From Promethearchaeota archaeon (GTDB taxonomy: Archaea > Asgardarchaeota > Lokiarchaeia > Sigyniarchaeales > SOKP01), in NCBI GenBank assembly GCA_019057795.1, contig JAHLWS010000021.1:1-64000 (forward strand): DNA of 64,000 nt, read 5' to 3'. A program made the position numbers and the translations under genes. Positions 10,694-21,136 of the stretch are shown here, one piece after another. The notes under the pieces were generated by a model, which was given only the letters and a program-made list of their open reading frames with translations, was not told the DNA's origin and ran no database searches. Positions within the stretch are counted from its first letter, which is position 1. Each line of letters begins with the position of its first letter.

Positions 10694-12310
10694 ATGAGCA
10701 TGATAAATTTAGAAAAAAAAATTTATTTTGGAGGGTCAATAGTAACTATAAACGAAAATCAACCCTTCGTCGAGGCTGTAGGAATTGAAGGCGAAAAGAT
10801 AGTATCTGTTGGTGATTTAGAAGATGTTAAAAAAGTCTTAGGGAGTGAATCTGCCCTTATTGATTTAAAAGGTAACTCTTTGCTTCCAGGATTTATTGAT
10901 TGTCATCTACATCCGATTATTTATATTTTTTATTTATTAAGTCCTGATGTATCAGATGTGAAAAGCATTGAAGAGCTTAAAGAATATTTAGGGAAAGTAT
11001 CAAAAGAAAAGAACAAAGACGAGCTTATGACGGTATTTAATCTATGCGAGGAAAAATTCGATGTTCCAAAGTTACCTAATAAGGGAGATTTAGACGAAGC
11101 ATGCCCCGACCATCCTGTTTTTGTGTTGAGATATGACGGACATATAGGTATCGCAAACACTAAAGCGTTAGAGCTAGCAAATATAGACGAACATACAACA
11201 GTTCCTGAAGGTGGTGAAATACGAAAAGATAATAACGGAAATCTTACAGGCGTCATATCTGAGCAAGCATTAGACATCATTTTATCTAAAATGTCATTTC
11301 CAAATGTAGAAAAAATAAAAGAAGCGGCTGTTAAAGCCTTTAGAATTTTCGCTCAGAAAGGATTGACATCGCTTCACGGCATACTTAGTGCCGATAGCAC
11401 CGGAGAATTTGGTGATGCAGGAGCAATGGAACTTCCATTACGTAAATCAATCCAAAATAGTATTTTACAAAATTGGTACGCTTTAATCAATACTGACAAA
11501 CCTAAAAAATTGCTAAAATTAAGAAAACCTCCCTTAGATGGTGGAAAGAAAGATAGTAAGTTTAAAGTTGGTGCTTTAAAACTATTTCTCGATGGTACTT
11601 TTGGAGCAAAAACGGCTTGTATGTTCGAACCCTTTTCAGATGAGCCAGGAGCGTGTGGGTTTTGTGTTGTTGAGGAGGGAGCAATTTACGAGAAGATGGT
11701 TGCAGCCCATAACAATGGTTTTCAAATTGGGATTCACGCAATCGGAGATAAAGGAAACCGAATAGCCATGGATTTATATAAAAAGCTTTTAACGGAATTT
11801 CCTCGGGACGACCATCGCCATAGAATTGAGCACGCTTCTATGTTAACTAAGGATGTTATTAAAGATATGGCTACTTATGGCGTAATTGCTTCGTGTCAAC
11901 CACCCTTCATTAATTCAGAATACACTTGGTTGGTAAAACGGCTCGGTGAAGAACGATGTAAGTATACTTATCCAATGAAATCAATTATTGACGCGGGCGT
12001 CGTTCTTGCTTCAGGATCAGATTGTCCGATCGAAGATCCTAGCCCTATCTTAGGATTACATGCTTTAGTAACTAGAAATGGTTTTATTCCAGAAGAGAGT
12101 TTAAGCATGGAAGATGCTTTAAAAACCTATACTATTAACGCTGCATACGCTGCCTTTGAGGAAAGCATTAAGGGGAGCATAGGAGTAGGAAAGCTGGCTG
12201 ATTTTGTTATTTTAGATAAAAACCCATTAGAAGTTCCTAAAGACGAGATTAAAGAAATTCGCGTTCTTGAAACAATTATAAGAGGTAAATCAGTTTTTAA
12301 GAAAGAGTAA
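10694..12310 (+). CDS. Amidohydrolase 3 family (YtcJ-like) metal-dependent hydrolase
   Basis: PGFIDCHLH, KLFLDG, HAIGD, RIEH, GSDCP and GKLADF motifs. Confidence 0.9.
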   Translation: MSMINLEKKIYFGGSIVTINENQPFVEAVGIEGEKIVSVGDLEDVKKVLGSESALIDLKGNSLLPGFIDCHLHPIIYIFYLLSPDVSDVKSIEELKEYLGKVSKEKNKDELMTVFNLCEEKFDVPKLPNKGDLDEACPDHPVFVLRYDGHIGIANTKALELANIDEHTTVPEGGEIRKDNNGNLTGVISEQALDIILSKMSFPNVEKIKEAAVKAFRIFAQKGLTSLHGILSADSTGEFGDAGAMELPLRKSIQNSILQNWYALINTDKPKKLLKLRKPPLDGGKKDSKFKVGALKLFLDGTFGAKTACMFEPFSDEPGACGFCVVEEGAIYEKMVAAHNNGFQIGIHAIGDKGNRIAMDLYKKLLTEFPRDDHRHRIEHASMLTKDVIKDMATYGVIASCQPPFINSEYTWLVKRLGEERCKYTYPMKSIIDAGVVLASGSDCPIEDPSPILGLHALVTRNGFIPEESLSMEDALKTYTINAAYAAFEESIKGSIGVGKLADFVILDKNPLEVPKDEIKEIRVLETIIRGKSVFKKE

Positions 12311-12387
12311 AAAAATATTATTATTTTTATTTTAAATGTTCTTGAATAATGTCAAATTTCTCTCGAATAAAATTGAAAGTATAAGAT

Positions 12388-13542
12388 TTAATCTGTAAAA
12401 TAGAGGTGCTCGTCAAATCCCGTTTCTGCTATAAGATCTTGACCAAGCTTTTGAATGACTTTTTTAGTTGGGTTTTGTAGAATATGTTTAGCAATATTAA
12501 CAACTTTAGTTAACTTTCCATCCGAAAATTCACGGATAATGTTATCGTATCGAGAAAAATCTAATCCAGCCGTATAAACGCCTGCGCTTCCATGCCCTGC
12601 CGTAGACGAAACTTGCCAGTGCTCTACTTTTAACTCTATTTTAGAAAGAAGTAAACTAGCTGTATACCATTCTATGAATAAATTCATCCGTTTTGATTTT
12701 CTTTTTGTTGATTTGAGCATCTTCAACGCTCGGTTTAATCTATCTGGGTGCATTTGTCTAAACACTTTTTGTTGGAGCTCGCTCATGTTATCTCTAACAT
12801 GCGCTTTTATTTGCTCAACGATTACTTCGACCTTTTGCGCTCTTTCTTCTGTTATATCTTGGTGAATTGATTGTATATGACGCGCAATTGTTTCGTTCAA
12901 ATCTTGACTTTGATCGATGGATGTTTCTTGATGGCTCGGTGGAGATGCTGAAGAACCTTGTTGGATTTCAGAAGGCATGCTATAAATTTCTCTCTGTTGT
13001 AGGTTAAAAAGAGCTTCTAATTTCGTAGGATCTTGTCTAACTTCGTTAAATCTTTTTTGGATATCCTCTCGAGAATATCCCATATTCATTAAGTAAAATG
13101 CAGCACTTGATAGTTGGTGTTCCAAAGCTTCCGAAGTATTGTAATTTCCTGTACCACCAAATTGTTCCCTTAACTGATCGTCTGCAAGCAAACTGATTTT
13201 CTCTTCGTTAATTTCATTTACTTTAAGAGAATTTATTTTAGTAAGTATGTGTTCGATTTGTTCGCTAGCTAAGTAGCTTAAGTTCCCTGTTGGTCCAACC
13301 ATATAGGAAATTTTTTCCATTTTTTTTAAAAGTTCGGCGACATCTTGCTGTGTTTTACCGTTTGAAACTATTAAAAAGTGCTCCAAGAATTTTTTGGTAA
13401 AGCCCGCAATTATAACAAGATTTTTCTCGTCAAATTTATTAAGATGGCTGGTCAATCCATTATCTTGAAATTCAGTAGGAAGATTAATGTTATAGACCAA
13501 TATATTATCTAATATCAAGTAAATATAATCTTCCTTATTCAT
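12388..13542 (-). CDS. Hypothetical protein with an internal UBA-like segment
   Basis: 384-aa ORF containing YLMNMGYSREDIQKRF and a low-complexity Q/S/P linker. Confidence 0.6.
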   Translation of the reverse strand: MNKEDYIYLILDNILVYNINLPTEFQDNGLTSHLNKFDEKNLVIIAGFTKKFLEHFLIVSNGKTQQDVAELLKKMEKISYMVGPTGNLSYLASEQIEHILTKINSLKVNEINEEKISLLADDQLREQFGGTGNYNTSEALEHQLSSAAFYLMNMGYSREDIQKRFNEVRQDPTKLEALFNLQQREIYSMPSEIQQGSSASPPSHQETSIDQSQDLNETIARHIQSIHQDITEERAQKVEVIVEQIKAHVRDNMSELQQKVFRQMHPDRLNRALKMLKSTKRKSKRMNLFIEWYTASLLLSKIELKVEHWQVSSTAGHGSAGVYTAGLDFSRYDNIIREFSDGKLTKVVNIAKHILQNPTKKVIQKLGQDLIAETGFDEHLYFTD

Positions 13543-13649
13543 AATAACCCTTAATAATCAAGAATTTTAGATATAAATATTTTTTTGACAACTTATTCAA
13601 TACAAAATTACTAATCTAATAAAATTAATCTAATAAATACTTTACATTA

Positions 13650-14126
13650 TCAATTTTTTTGATATTTTTTTGCTATTCTCCGCGCAAAATTCATTTGTTC
13701 TTTAGTCTCAAGACTGCATGGTCTATATTTTCGTATCCATCTTACGGGATCCATATGTTCGGGTATATATCCATTATTGGCACCCCATGCTACAATAAAT
13801 TGTCCGGTTCTCCCACATCCCGCAACACAATGAACGACGATTGATTCATTATTTTGTCTATGTTTCTCACAAATTACCAGAAAATCTTCTATTTGCTTTT
13901 CTGTTGGTAATCCATAATCAGGAACATTTATATGATAATAATTAAATCCGTTAGGGATATCTTTTCTGTTATCAAATTCCGAACAATTGATTATAACTGA
14001 GATTCCTTCTTTTTTGTATTTTTCAAAAACCGGCGGATCAGGCCACCAACTTGCTGCCATTTTTTCCTTAACAATCCATGTAAATGGTTGTGTTTTTTCA
14101 GGCATCCCACCTCTAGGCCAATACAA
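13650..14126 (-). CDS. Dual-specificity (Cys-based) protein phosphatase
   Basis: VHCVAGCGRTG CX5R loop, VPDYGLP acid loop, and RPCSLETKEQ. Confidence 0.9.
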   Translation of the reverse strand: MYWPRGGMPEKTQPFTWIVKEKMAASWWPDPPVFEKYKKEGISVIINCSEFDNRKDIPNGFNYYHINVPDYGLPTEKQIEDFLVICEKHRQNNESIVVHCVAGCGRTGQFIVAWGANNGYIPEHMDPVRWIRKYRPCSLETKEQMNFARRIAKKYQKN

Positions 14127-14342
14127 AGGACGAATATTTAATTACCTCTTACTTTCTATTTATTATTACTCATTAAATTCTAACAGTTTAACTCAACGAC
14201 AATGAAAAATAAAATTTCCTCTAATATTTTTTGTTATTCGAAAAGATATGTTGTATCTTTATCTCCTAATTTTAAATTTCTGACTTAATTAGAAAATAAA
14301 TAATATAATAATAAGAAAAAAAAAAAAGAATTTAAGATTTTT

Positions 14343-17300
14343 TTAGTATTCACTTCTTTTTTTACGCCGGTTTCTAATTGTTATAGCAGAAACTATACCT
14401 ATTGCTGCAAATATGAAGTAGAGGTTGTATCCAGGAATTACGGGCGGTGTTGGCTCCGGTTCCGGTTCCGGTTCTGGTTCCGGTTCCGGTTCTGGTTCTG
14501 GTTCCGGTGGGATTTGCACAACAACTTCGATGCAATTGGAAAGAGTATCACCATAGGCGTTATGTGCGACAACTATAAAGTAATAGGTTCCATTAGTATA
14601 ACCACTCAAAGCAAGAGAAAGATCTGTTATTCCATCTCCTAAAAGGGTTAAACTTCCATTGATTTCGGTAATAAGACCTGAATATTCATACACAGAGTAG
14701 GTAAGAGCTCCATCTGCACTTTCCCATGTTAAATCAAACGCACCATTATCATCCGGCGTTCCCGCATTAGATGATAGTTCAAAATCACCTGGTGATAGGT
14801 CTAAATAAGTAAATTCTACATTAGTATCGATGAAATCAAGAGTGTAATTCATACCACTACTACTTATAAAGGTACCATTCAACAATATACCCGTACTTTT
14901 CTCATACCATGCAATTCCACCTGGAACAGTTAAATCCTCTAATACCCATACTTCTACTGGACCATAACCTGGAAGATTATATATCAAATCATCAATAACA
15001 TTGAAGATATGCTCTTCTCCACCCATAGTAGCTATTGGGATATCATCACCTATATTGGTATCTGTAAATATCCAGCCAGGATCGTGATGTCCCACTCCGA
15101 AAAATACATCCCCCCAGACATCTGTCATTATTCTGGTAGTAGAATCTACATCATAAAAGCAATGATAATCATAACCTTCATCATCCAAGTAAATCCACCA
15201 ATCACCCTGAAATATAGATTCTGAGACATAAGAATATAAGAAATGGGAAGAACCTATCCATTCATCCATATATATGAAAGTATAATCTGTAAGCATACCA
15301 TCGAATAATTGACTGTCAACAATAGGTATTAACTCAGTTGCTATATTATTTTCTATATGGGTTTCACCAAGTACAGGAGGAGCATAAGCAGTGAAATTGT
15401 AGGTGTTATATTCAGTTGGAGTCCACATATAATTAATTGTTTCACTCGCACCAACAAGTAAACTTGAAATAGTAATTGAATTGACAATTAGGTCATCAAG
15501 ATATAAAAACAGATCAACGTTTATTTCATCATTTTCACCATTATTTATAACAGTCGCATTAATAGTGTAAGTATTACCAATTTCTGGATTGGTTGGAACT
15601 TCTAAAGAAACGCTTAATTCATGATCAAAGGAAATATAAGTAAATTCAACATTAGTATCTACGAAATCAAATGTATACCAACCCGATCCTCCAGCATAGT
15701 AAAACATTCCATTCAAGAGAATTCCAGTACTTTTTTCATACCAAGCAACTCCACCAGGAAGAGTTAAGTCTTCTAGCTCCCAAACCTCTATTAGTCCAAA
15801 ACCAGGTAGATCATAGATTAATTCGCCTGCTACGCTGAAAAGATGATCGCCTTTACCATCGGCAGCAATTAAAATTTCGTCACCTAAAGATACATCGGTA
15901 AAAATCCAAATAGGAGTATGAAATCCATTTCCAAATTGCCAACCGTCACCACCAGAATTCTCCATAATTCTTGTTTGGCTATCGACATCCCAATACATAT
16001 GACTAGGAGATCCTCCTTCATCCATATACCAATCAACATGAAAAATATCCCCTGAAACATAGGAATATATGAAATCTGAAGGTTTTACCTCACCAAAAAT
16101 TGTCCAATCATAACTAACGAACATTCCATCGAATAATTTAGTTTCTCTAATTGATAATAACTCAGTTGCGATATTGTTATCAATGTAAGACTCATCAGGT
16201 ACAGGTGGAGCATAAGCAGTGAAATTGTAGGTTTTATATTCGGTTGGAGTCCACATATAATTAATTGTTTCACTCGCACCAACAAGTAAACTTGAAATAG
16301 TAATTGAATCTACAAGTACTTCATCAAGATATAAAAACAGATCAACGTTTATTTCATCATTTTCACCAGTATTGGTGACTGTTGCATTAATGATGTAAGG
16401 ATTATCAATTTCAAGAAAGGTTGGAACCTCTAAAGAAACGCTTAAATCATGATCAAATGTCGCATATGTAAATAAAATTGAAAAATCATCAGTTAAATCA
16501 TTTAGACCCTGATATGAATTATAATAATCTGTATCTATGCCTAAATTTAATCCACATGTATATCCATTATAAGGATCGATATAGTCAAGATAATCATAAT
16601 TAAACACAATTTCGCCTGTATCGTATAAAACTACTTGAAATGAACCTAGTAAAGGGCCATCTATATGATATATATCTTGCCATTCTGCCACCCAATAAGT
16701 CCCAAATGATTGTACATAGATATGTCCTCCATAGGCGGGATATATATCATCCCAAAATGGAGCAATCATATAAGTATGTGTGGGATCTGCCGAGGGAAAG
16801 GGAACATTTGAATATTGCCAAGGTGTCGTATCAGTGAAACTAAGATATCCATTGGCACCTAAATATATAGTTGAAAAGGTGTCATCGTAGAATTGAAAAT
16901 TAAAGGGTAAAGCTATTGTAGCATATCCATCATCACTTAAAATAAGTTCTGTTCCACCAGAAGCGTCTATCCAACTATAAGGATATCCTGTATCCATAAT
17001 ATAATTTTGAAGATAGCTAATTGTTATTAACTCAGTTGCGATATTATTTCCTATATATGTCTCATCAGGTACAGGTGGAGCATAAGCAGTGAAATTGTAG
17101 GTCCTATATTCAGTTGGAGTCCACATATAATTAATTGTTTCACTCGCACCAACAGGTAAACTTGAAATAGGAATTGAATCAACAAGTACTTCATCAAGAT
17201 ACAAAAACAGATCAACGTTTATTTCATCATTTATGCCAGTGTTCGTAACAGTCGCATTAATAGTGTAAGTATTACCAATTTCACAATCTGTGGGATATTC

Positions 17301-18781
17301 TAAGGAAACTTTCAATTCATGATCTAAATCCATGAATGTACCGATTACATATCCTGGGGTTGTTTTAGGAACATCTGGTGACTCAGGTGTAATTTCTTGT
17401 AGAACTCCAGATATATATCTCTCAATACGGAAAGAAGAGATTATCCCAGGCGTGTTTGATGATCCTAATTCTAAATAAAATAAAACATCATTATTCGAGT
17501 CATAATAAGATTGGAACTCCGAAATATCTAAAGCCATAAACGAAGGAAATAGAGCAGTTGTATGTTCTTGATACTCAGGATTCAGTGTATTTAAAGGTGA
17601 ACCATACGGTCCAACTCCCAAGGTGACTATGTCATTCATCCTAGTGGGACAAGTACTAAATTCCCAAGTGGAAACCAAACTTGGGTGATAATCAATTCTA
17701 TCATCATAATATCCTATTTGGATATAACCATCCCCAAGCACTCCAATTTCTTTTAGTGTTTCGTAGGTCAACCAGTAAAAACCGCTTTCGCCCCAGCTAT
17801 CGCCCCATGAATTTACGACTCTAAACGCGCCAACATCACCATCATCCGTTATACTATCATCGAATCCAACAATACAATTAGCATGATTAATTGTTGAAGA
17901 ACTATATTCAGCAGAAGATATAATAAAATTATCAACAAATCCCTGATCATATCCATTAGCATCGATATTAAATGTCACTGGGGTTCCCCCCTCGACAAGA
18001 TTTTTAATTGTTGTGATCGTTGGATCTCCCAAATAGGAAAGCCAATTGAATTGTAGAGGTCTATGGAGTGGTGCTTCTCTCCATGCAGATTCATCACCCC
18101 AATTAGTGTAATCAGTGTCTGTATATGGTATTGTTTCCCAAGTGGCTGCGCCCCACTCTTCTAAAAGAAGCCCCGTCTCAATATGATGAGTACCGGACCC
18201 CTCATAGGTGAGTTTATTATAGGACCAAGCTGGACTCAGCAGATAAGCATTATTTCCAGAACTCGCATCCCACCCATAATCTTTTGCTTCTAAATAACCC
18301 ATTGAATAATAAACGCTTGCCCAAGAGGTGCAAGATCCTTGGCTACCTTGACTTCTTACAGGGGGAAAATAGATTTCTGAAGAAAGGTCATAAGCTGCTT
18401 TCGAATCTACTGGATTATTGGGGTCTTTAATCACATTTAAAATCATAATTTGCCCAACCGTCTTTTCCAACGCCTCTTCTGTTAGAGATTCAGCCCCAGT
18501 GCCCATCCCATTGATGATTTGGTCAGAAGCTTTACTGGAATCTGTGATTCTAATTTGTTTTTTCATTAATTCAACTTTTTCTTTTGTTAAAAACTCAGCA
18601 AAATATTTCAAACCATTTTCAGTATAGGTAAAAATTCCATCATTTCCAACATTACTGGATAGAGTAGATTCAATGTCTGTAGATTTGTAAAAAGTATTTA
18701 TAGTGCCTAAAGAAGAGAATACTAAGATAGATAAATATAATACCAAAAAGATTTTTTTTTTTTTAAATTCAAAAATTTCAT
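14343..18781 (-). CDS. Secreted C1A papain-family cysteine protease with CARDB repeats, nidogen-like domain, PE linker and Loki-CTERM-type anchor; start separated from the main frame by an A13 tract
   Basis: Catalytic motifs QGSQGSCTSW, HANCIVG and NSWG. Three INATVTNTG...YNFTAYAPPV repeats, IAPFWDD, and an IPGY + TM + RRKKR tail. The main open frame is 14343-18746. ATG 18781 with SD GAGGCG is out of frame by one base. Confidence 0.85.
14451..14507 (-). repeat. (PE)9 hexanucleotide repeat linker
   Basis: Tandem CCGGAA/CCAGAA units just before the membrane anchor. Confidence 0.95.
14810..17324 (-). repeat. Intragenic domain repeats: three ~297-bp CARDB-like units (about 15329-15626, 16159-16454, 17029-17324) and two ~828-bp larger units
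   Basis: Near-identical DNA, e.g. GGAGTCCACATATAATTAATTGTTTCACTCGCACCAACA occurs three times. The LFDGM...AWYEKSTGILLNG domain occurs twice. Confidence 0.9.
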
Positions 18782-18936
18782 TTATAATTTCGCCTCTTAA
18801 AAATTATTAAAACAACTTTTAAGGTATGAATTATTTCTCCATCTTCCTTATTAAACTTATTCCTCTAAAGGAAATTTATAATTATAAGTTATCTTTATAG
18901 ATTTAATACAAAAAGAATCTAATTTATTATTTAAAA

Positions 18937-19404
18937 ATGGTAAATAAAAAAAATTTTACCCCTTTCGGTTTAAGACGTTATCCTATCGTTCCATTAATAG
19001 GAGTTGGCGTTTTACTGATTCGCAATAATTCGTTATTGCTAGTTAAACGAAAATTCAATCCTGATGCGGGATATTGGTCCATTCCCGGAGGGCACTTAGA
19101 TCTCGGTGAAAGAGTACAATCTGCTGCCGAAAGAGAGGGTTTTGAAGAAACAGGCTTTAAGGTGAAGGTTACAAAATTAGCCGGCATAATAGATAAAATA
19201 ATGTACGATGATACCGGGAAGATCGAATACCATTATGTTTTGATTAATTATTTCGTAGAACAAATGGAGGGCGATCTAAATCAACCCCCCATACCAGATT
19301 CCGATGCGTTGGACGCTAAATTCGTGCCATTTGAAGAATTAAAAACTTATAAATTAACCGAATCTTTAATTGAGCTTTTAAAACAACTAAAATTGGGATA
19401 CTAA
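18937..19404 (+). CDS. NUDIX hydrolase (ADP-ribose pyrophosphatase-like)
   Basis: Nudix box GGHLDLGERVQSAAEREGFEETG and YHYVLINY. Confidence 0.9.
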   Translation: MVNKKNFTPFGLRRYPIVPLIGVGVLLIRNNSLLLVKRKFNPDAGYWSIPGGHLDLGERVQSAAEREGFEETGFKVKVTKLAGIIDKIMYDDTGKIEYHYVLINYFVEQMEGDLNQPPIPDSDALDAKFVPFEELKTYKLTESLIELLKQLKLGY

Positions 19405-19588
19405 CAAGATATTTTTTATATATTTGATCATAAACTTTAGAAAAAATTCCTTTTTTTTTGTTTTTTGATAATTAAAGTCTATATTCTTAACGAAATCCTA
19501 TACTTTGATTAACAAAAAGGTAAAGATTTAAATATTTTTGTATCTGATTATTAAATTCTACGAAATCTAATTTAATTAAAAGAATGAT

Positions 19589-19930
19589 GTGATTAAAATA
19601 ACAATCCTAATAAATCGAGTTTGGTTTCCTGCTGAACAGTCAAGTAAAATAGTAAAAGCATTTACAGAATTTCTAAAAGATCACCCTCCGGATAAATCAA
19701 TTGAAAAAACACTCGTCATTGCTGTCGGTTCCGACGAAGATGGAACTCTTTTAACTTATGGTATTGGCGAAATAATGAAAGGCATGGAAAAAGAAGCCCT
19801 AAAGCGGTCAACTCAACAAAACTTATTCATGGCTTCTAAAATTGATGGGCTTAAATATAAAGTAGAAATCTTTTTGGACTTTACAGAGGCTTATAAAATC
19901 TTAGGTATGACGGCACCAGAAGTAGTATAA
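19589..19930 (+). CDS. Small hypothetical protein, paralog of 59709-60035
   Basis: Shared C-terminal pattern I.G.KY..E......EA....GM..PE. Confidence 0.7.
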   Translation: MIKITILINRVWFPAEQSSKIVKAFTEFLKDHPPDKSIEKTLVIAVGSDEDGTLLTYGIGEIMKGMEKEALKRSTQQNLFMASKIDGLKYKVEIFLDFTEAYKILGMTAPEVV

Positions 19931-20034
19931 AATTCTATCAATAAAATTAATTTCTTTTTATTTTTTGCTCTTAAAGCAGCTAAAAATGAGATTTGAATAG
20001 AAAAATATGTTTGAAATCGATAAAAAAATAATAA

Positions 20035-20967
20035 TTATTTGAAAATTTTATTAATAAATTCTCCTATTTTCTCAATACCTTCTTGGCCTTCAGGTGCTAA
20101 AACAGCAAACGCTTGAAATACATGAACCATGTCTTCCCATATATCCAATTGTACTTCAACGCCGGCTTCTTTAGCCCGAGTTGCTAATCTGATAGCATCG
20201 TCAAGTAATACTTCTGCAGTTCCAACTTGGATGCATAAAGGCGGAAGATCTTTAAGATTTGCGTATAATGGAGACGCATAGGGGTTTTTCGGATCAGTTT
20301 TTCCTAAATACATGCTGGCAGAAAACATTATATCGTCGGGGGTTACGAATGGATCTTCATGAACTTTTTCCTTTATTGACTCTCCAGTTAAAGCTAAATC
20401 CGTCCAAGGAGAAAGACAAACCGCAGCAACCGGTAAAGCTATTCCCTCGTCGCGCAATTTTACAAGAGTAGCCACCGTTAAACCTCCACCGGCAGAATCT
20501 CCTGCGAAAATAATGTTTTGAGGTAAATATCCTTCTGTGTCAATTAACCATCTATACGCCCTAATTGAATCTTCTAAAGCGGCAGGAAAAGGGTGTTCTG
20601 GGGCTAAGCGATAGTCTAGTATCAATACTTTAGCTTTAGAAACTCTAGAAATCCTTTGTGCGAGATCCTTATGGGATGTTATGGAACCTTCGATATATCC
20701 ACCTCCATGTAAATATAGTATAGCCCTTTCTTTTACAACTTCTGGTGTGCTCACCCAAGCAGCAGGAATTCCGTCTACATCTATATTTTCAAGTTTGGTG
20801 TCTTTTGGAAGTGGTGCTATAGCTGCCAACTGATCTAATGCGGCACGAGAATCGTTAATTCTTTTTTTAATAGCAACTTCTCTGTTTTGTATTAATATTT
20901 TAATTACACTTTTCATTCCTCTACTAACCATACGATTCACATCCAAGAAATTTTTATGAAGTTCCAA
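20035..20967 (-). CDS. HSL-family (family IV) esterase
   Basis: HGGG oxyanion motif, DYRLAPEHPFPAA, GDSAGG nucleophile and HVF. Confidence 0.92.
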   Translation of the reverse strand: MELHKNFLDVNRMVSRGMKSVIKILIQNREVAIKKRINDSRAALDQLAAIAPLPKDTKLENIDVDGIPAAWVSTPEVVKERAILYLHGGGYIEGSITSHKDLAQRISRVSKAKVLILDYRLAPEHPFPAALEDSIRAYRWLIDTEGYLPQNIIFAGDSAGGGLTVATLVKLRDEGIALPVAAVCLSPWTDLALTGESIKEKVHEDPFVTPDDIMFSASMYLGKTDPKNPYASPLYANLKDLPPLCIQVGTAEVLLDDAIRLATRAKEAGVEVQLDIWEDMVHVFQAFAVLAPEGQEGIEKIGEFINKIFK

Positions 20968-21136
20968 AAATTCCTTGCATTAATAAATAGATATAATTAC
21001 AAAAATATTTCTGAAATGGTGTCTTATTATTATTTATTAAACAAAACAATTTAATTCAATTATTATTAATTGGTATTAGATATAAGTTATTTAATCGTTA
21101 GTAGAAGAATAATCACATACGAGAAGGTCTAAAAAT

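Noticed and set aside
15329-17324. Repeated DNA considered as a CRISPR array or DGR template/variable repeat
   Set aside because: The units are ~300-bp in-frame protein domains, differences are not adenine-specific, and no cas or reverse transcriptase gene is present.
20968-21136. TPP riboswitch upstream of thiC (also checked upstream of thiDN and the second thiC)
   Set aside because: No CUGAGA...CCUGA-type core was seen, and the regions are short and AT-rich.
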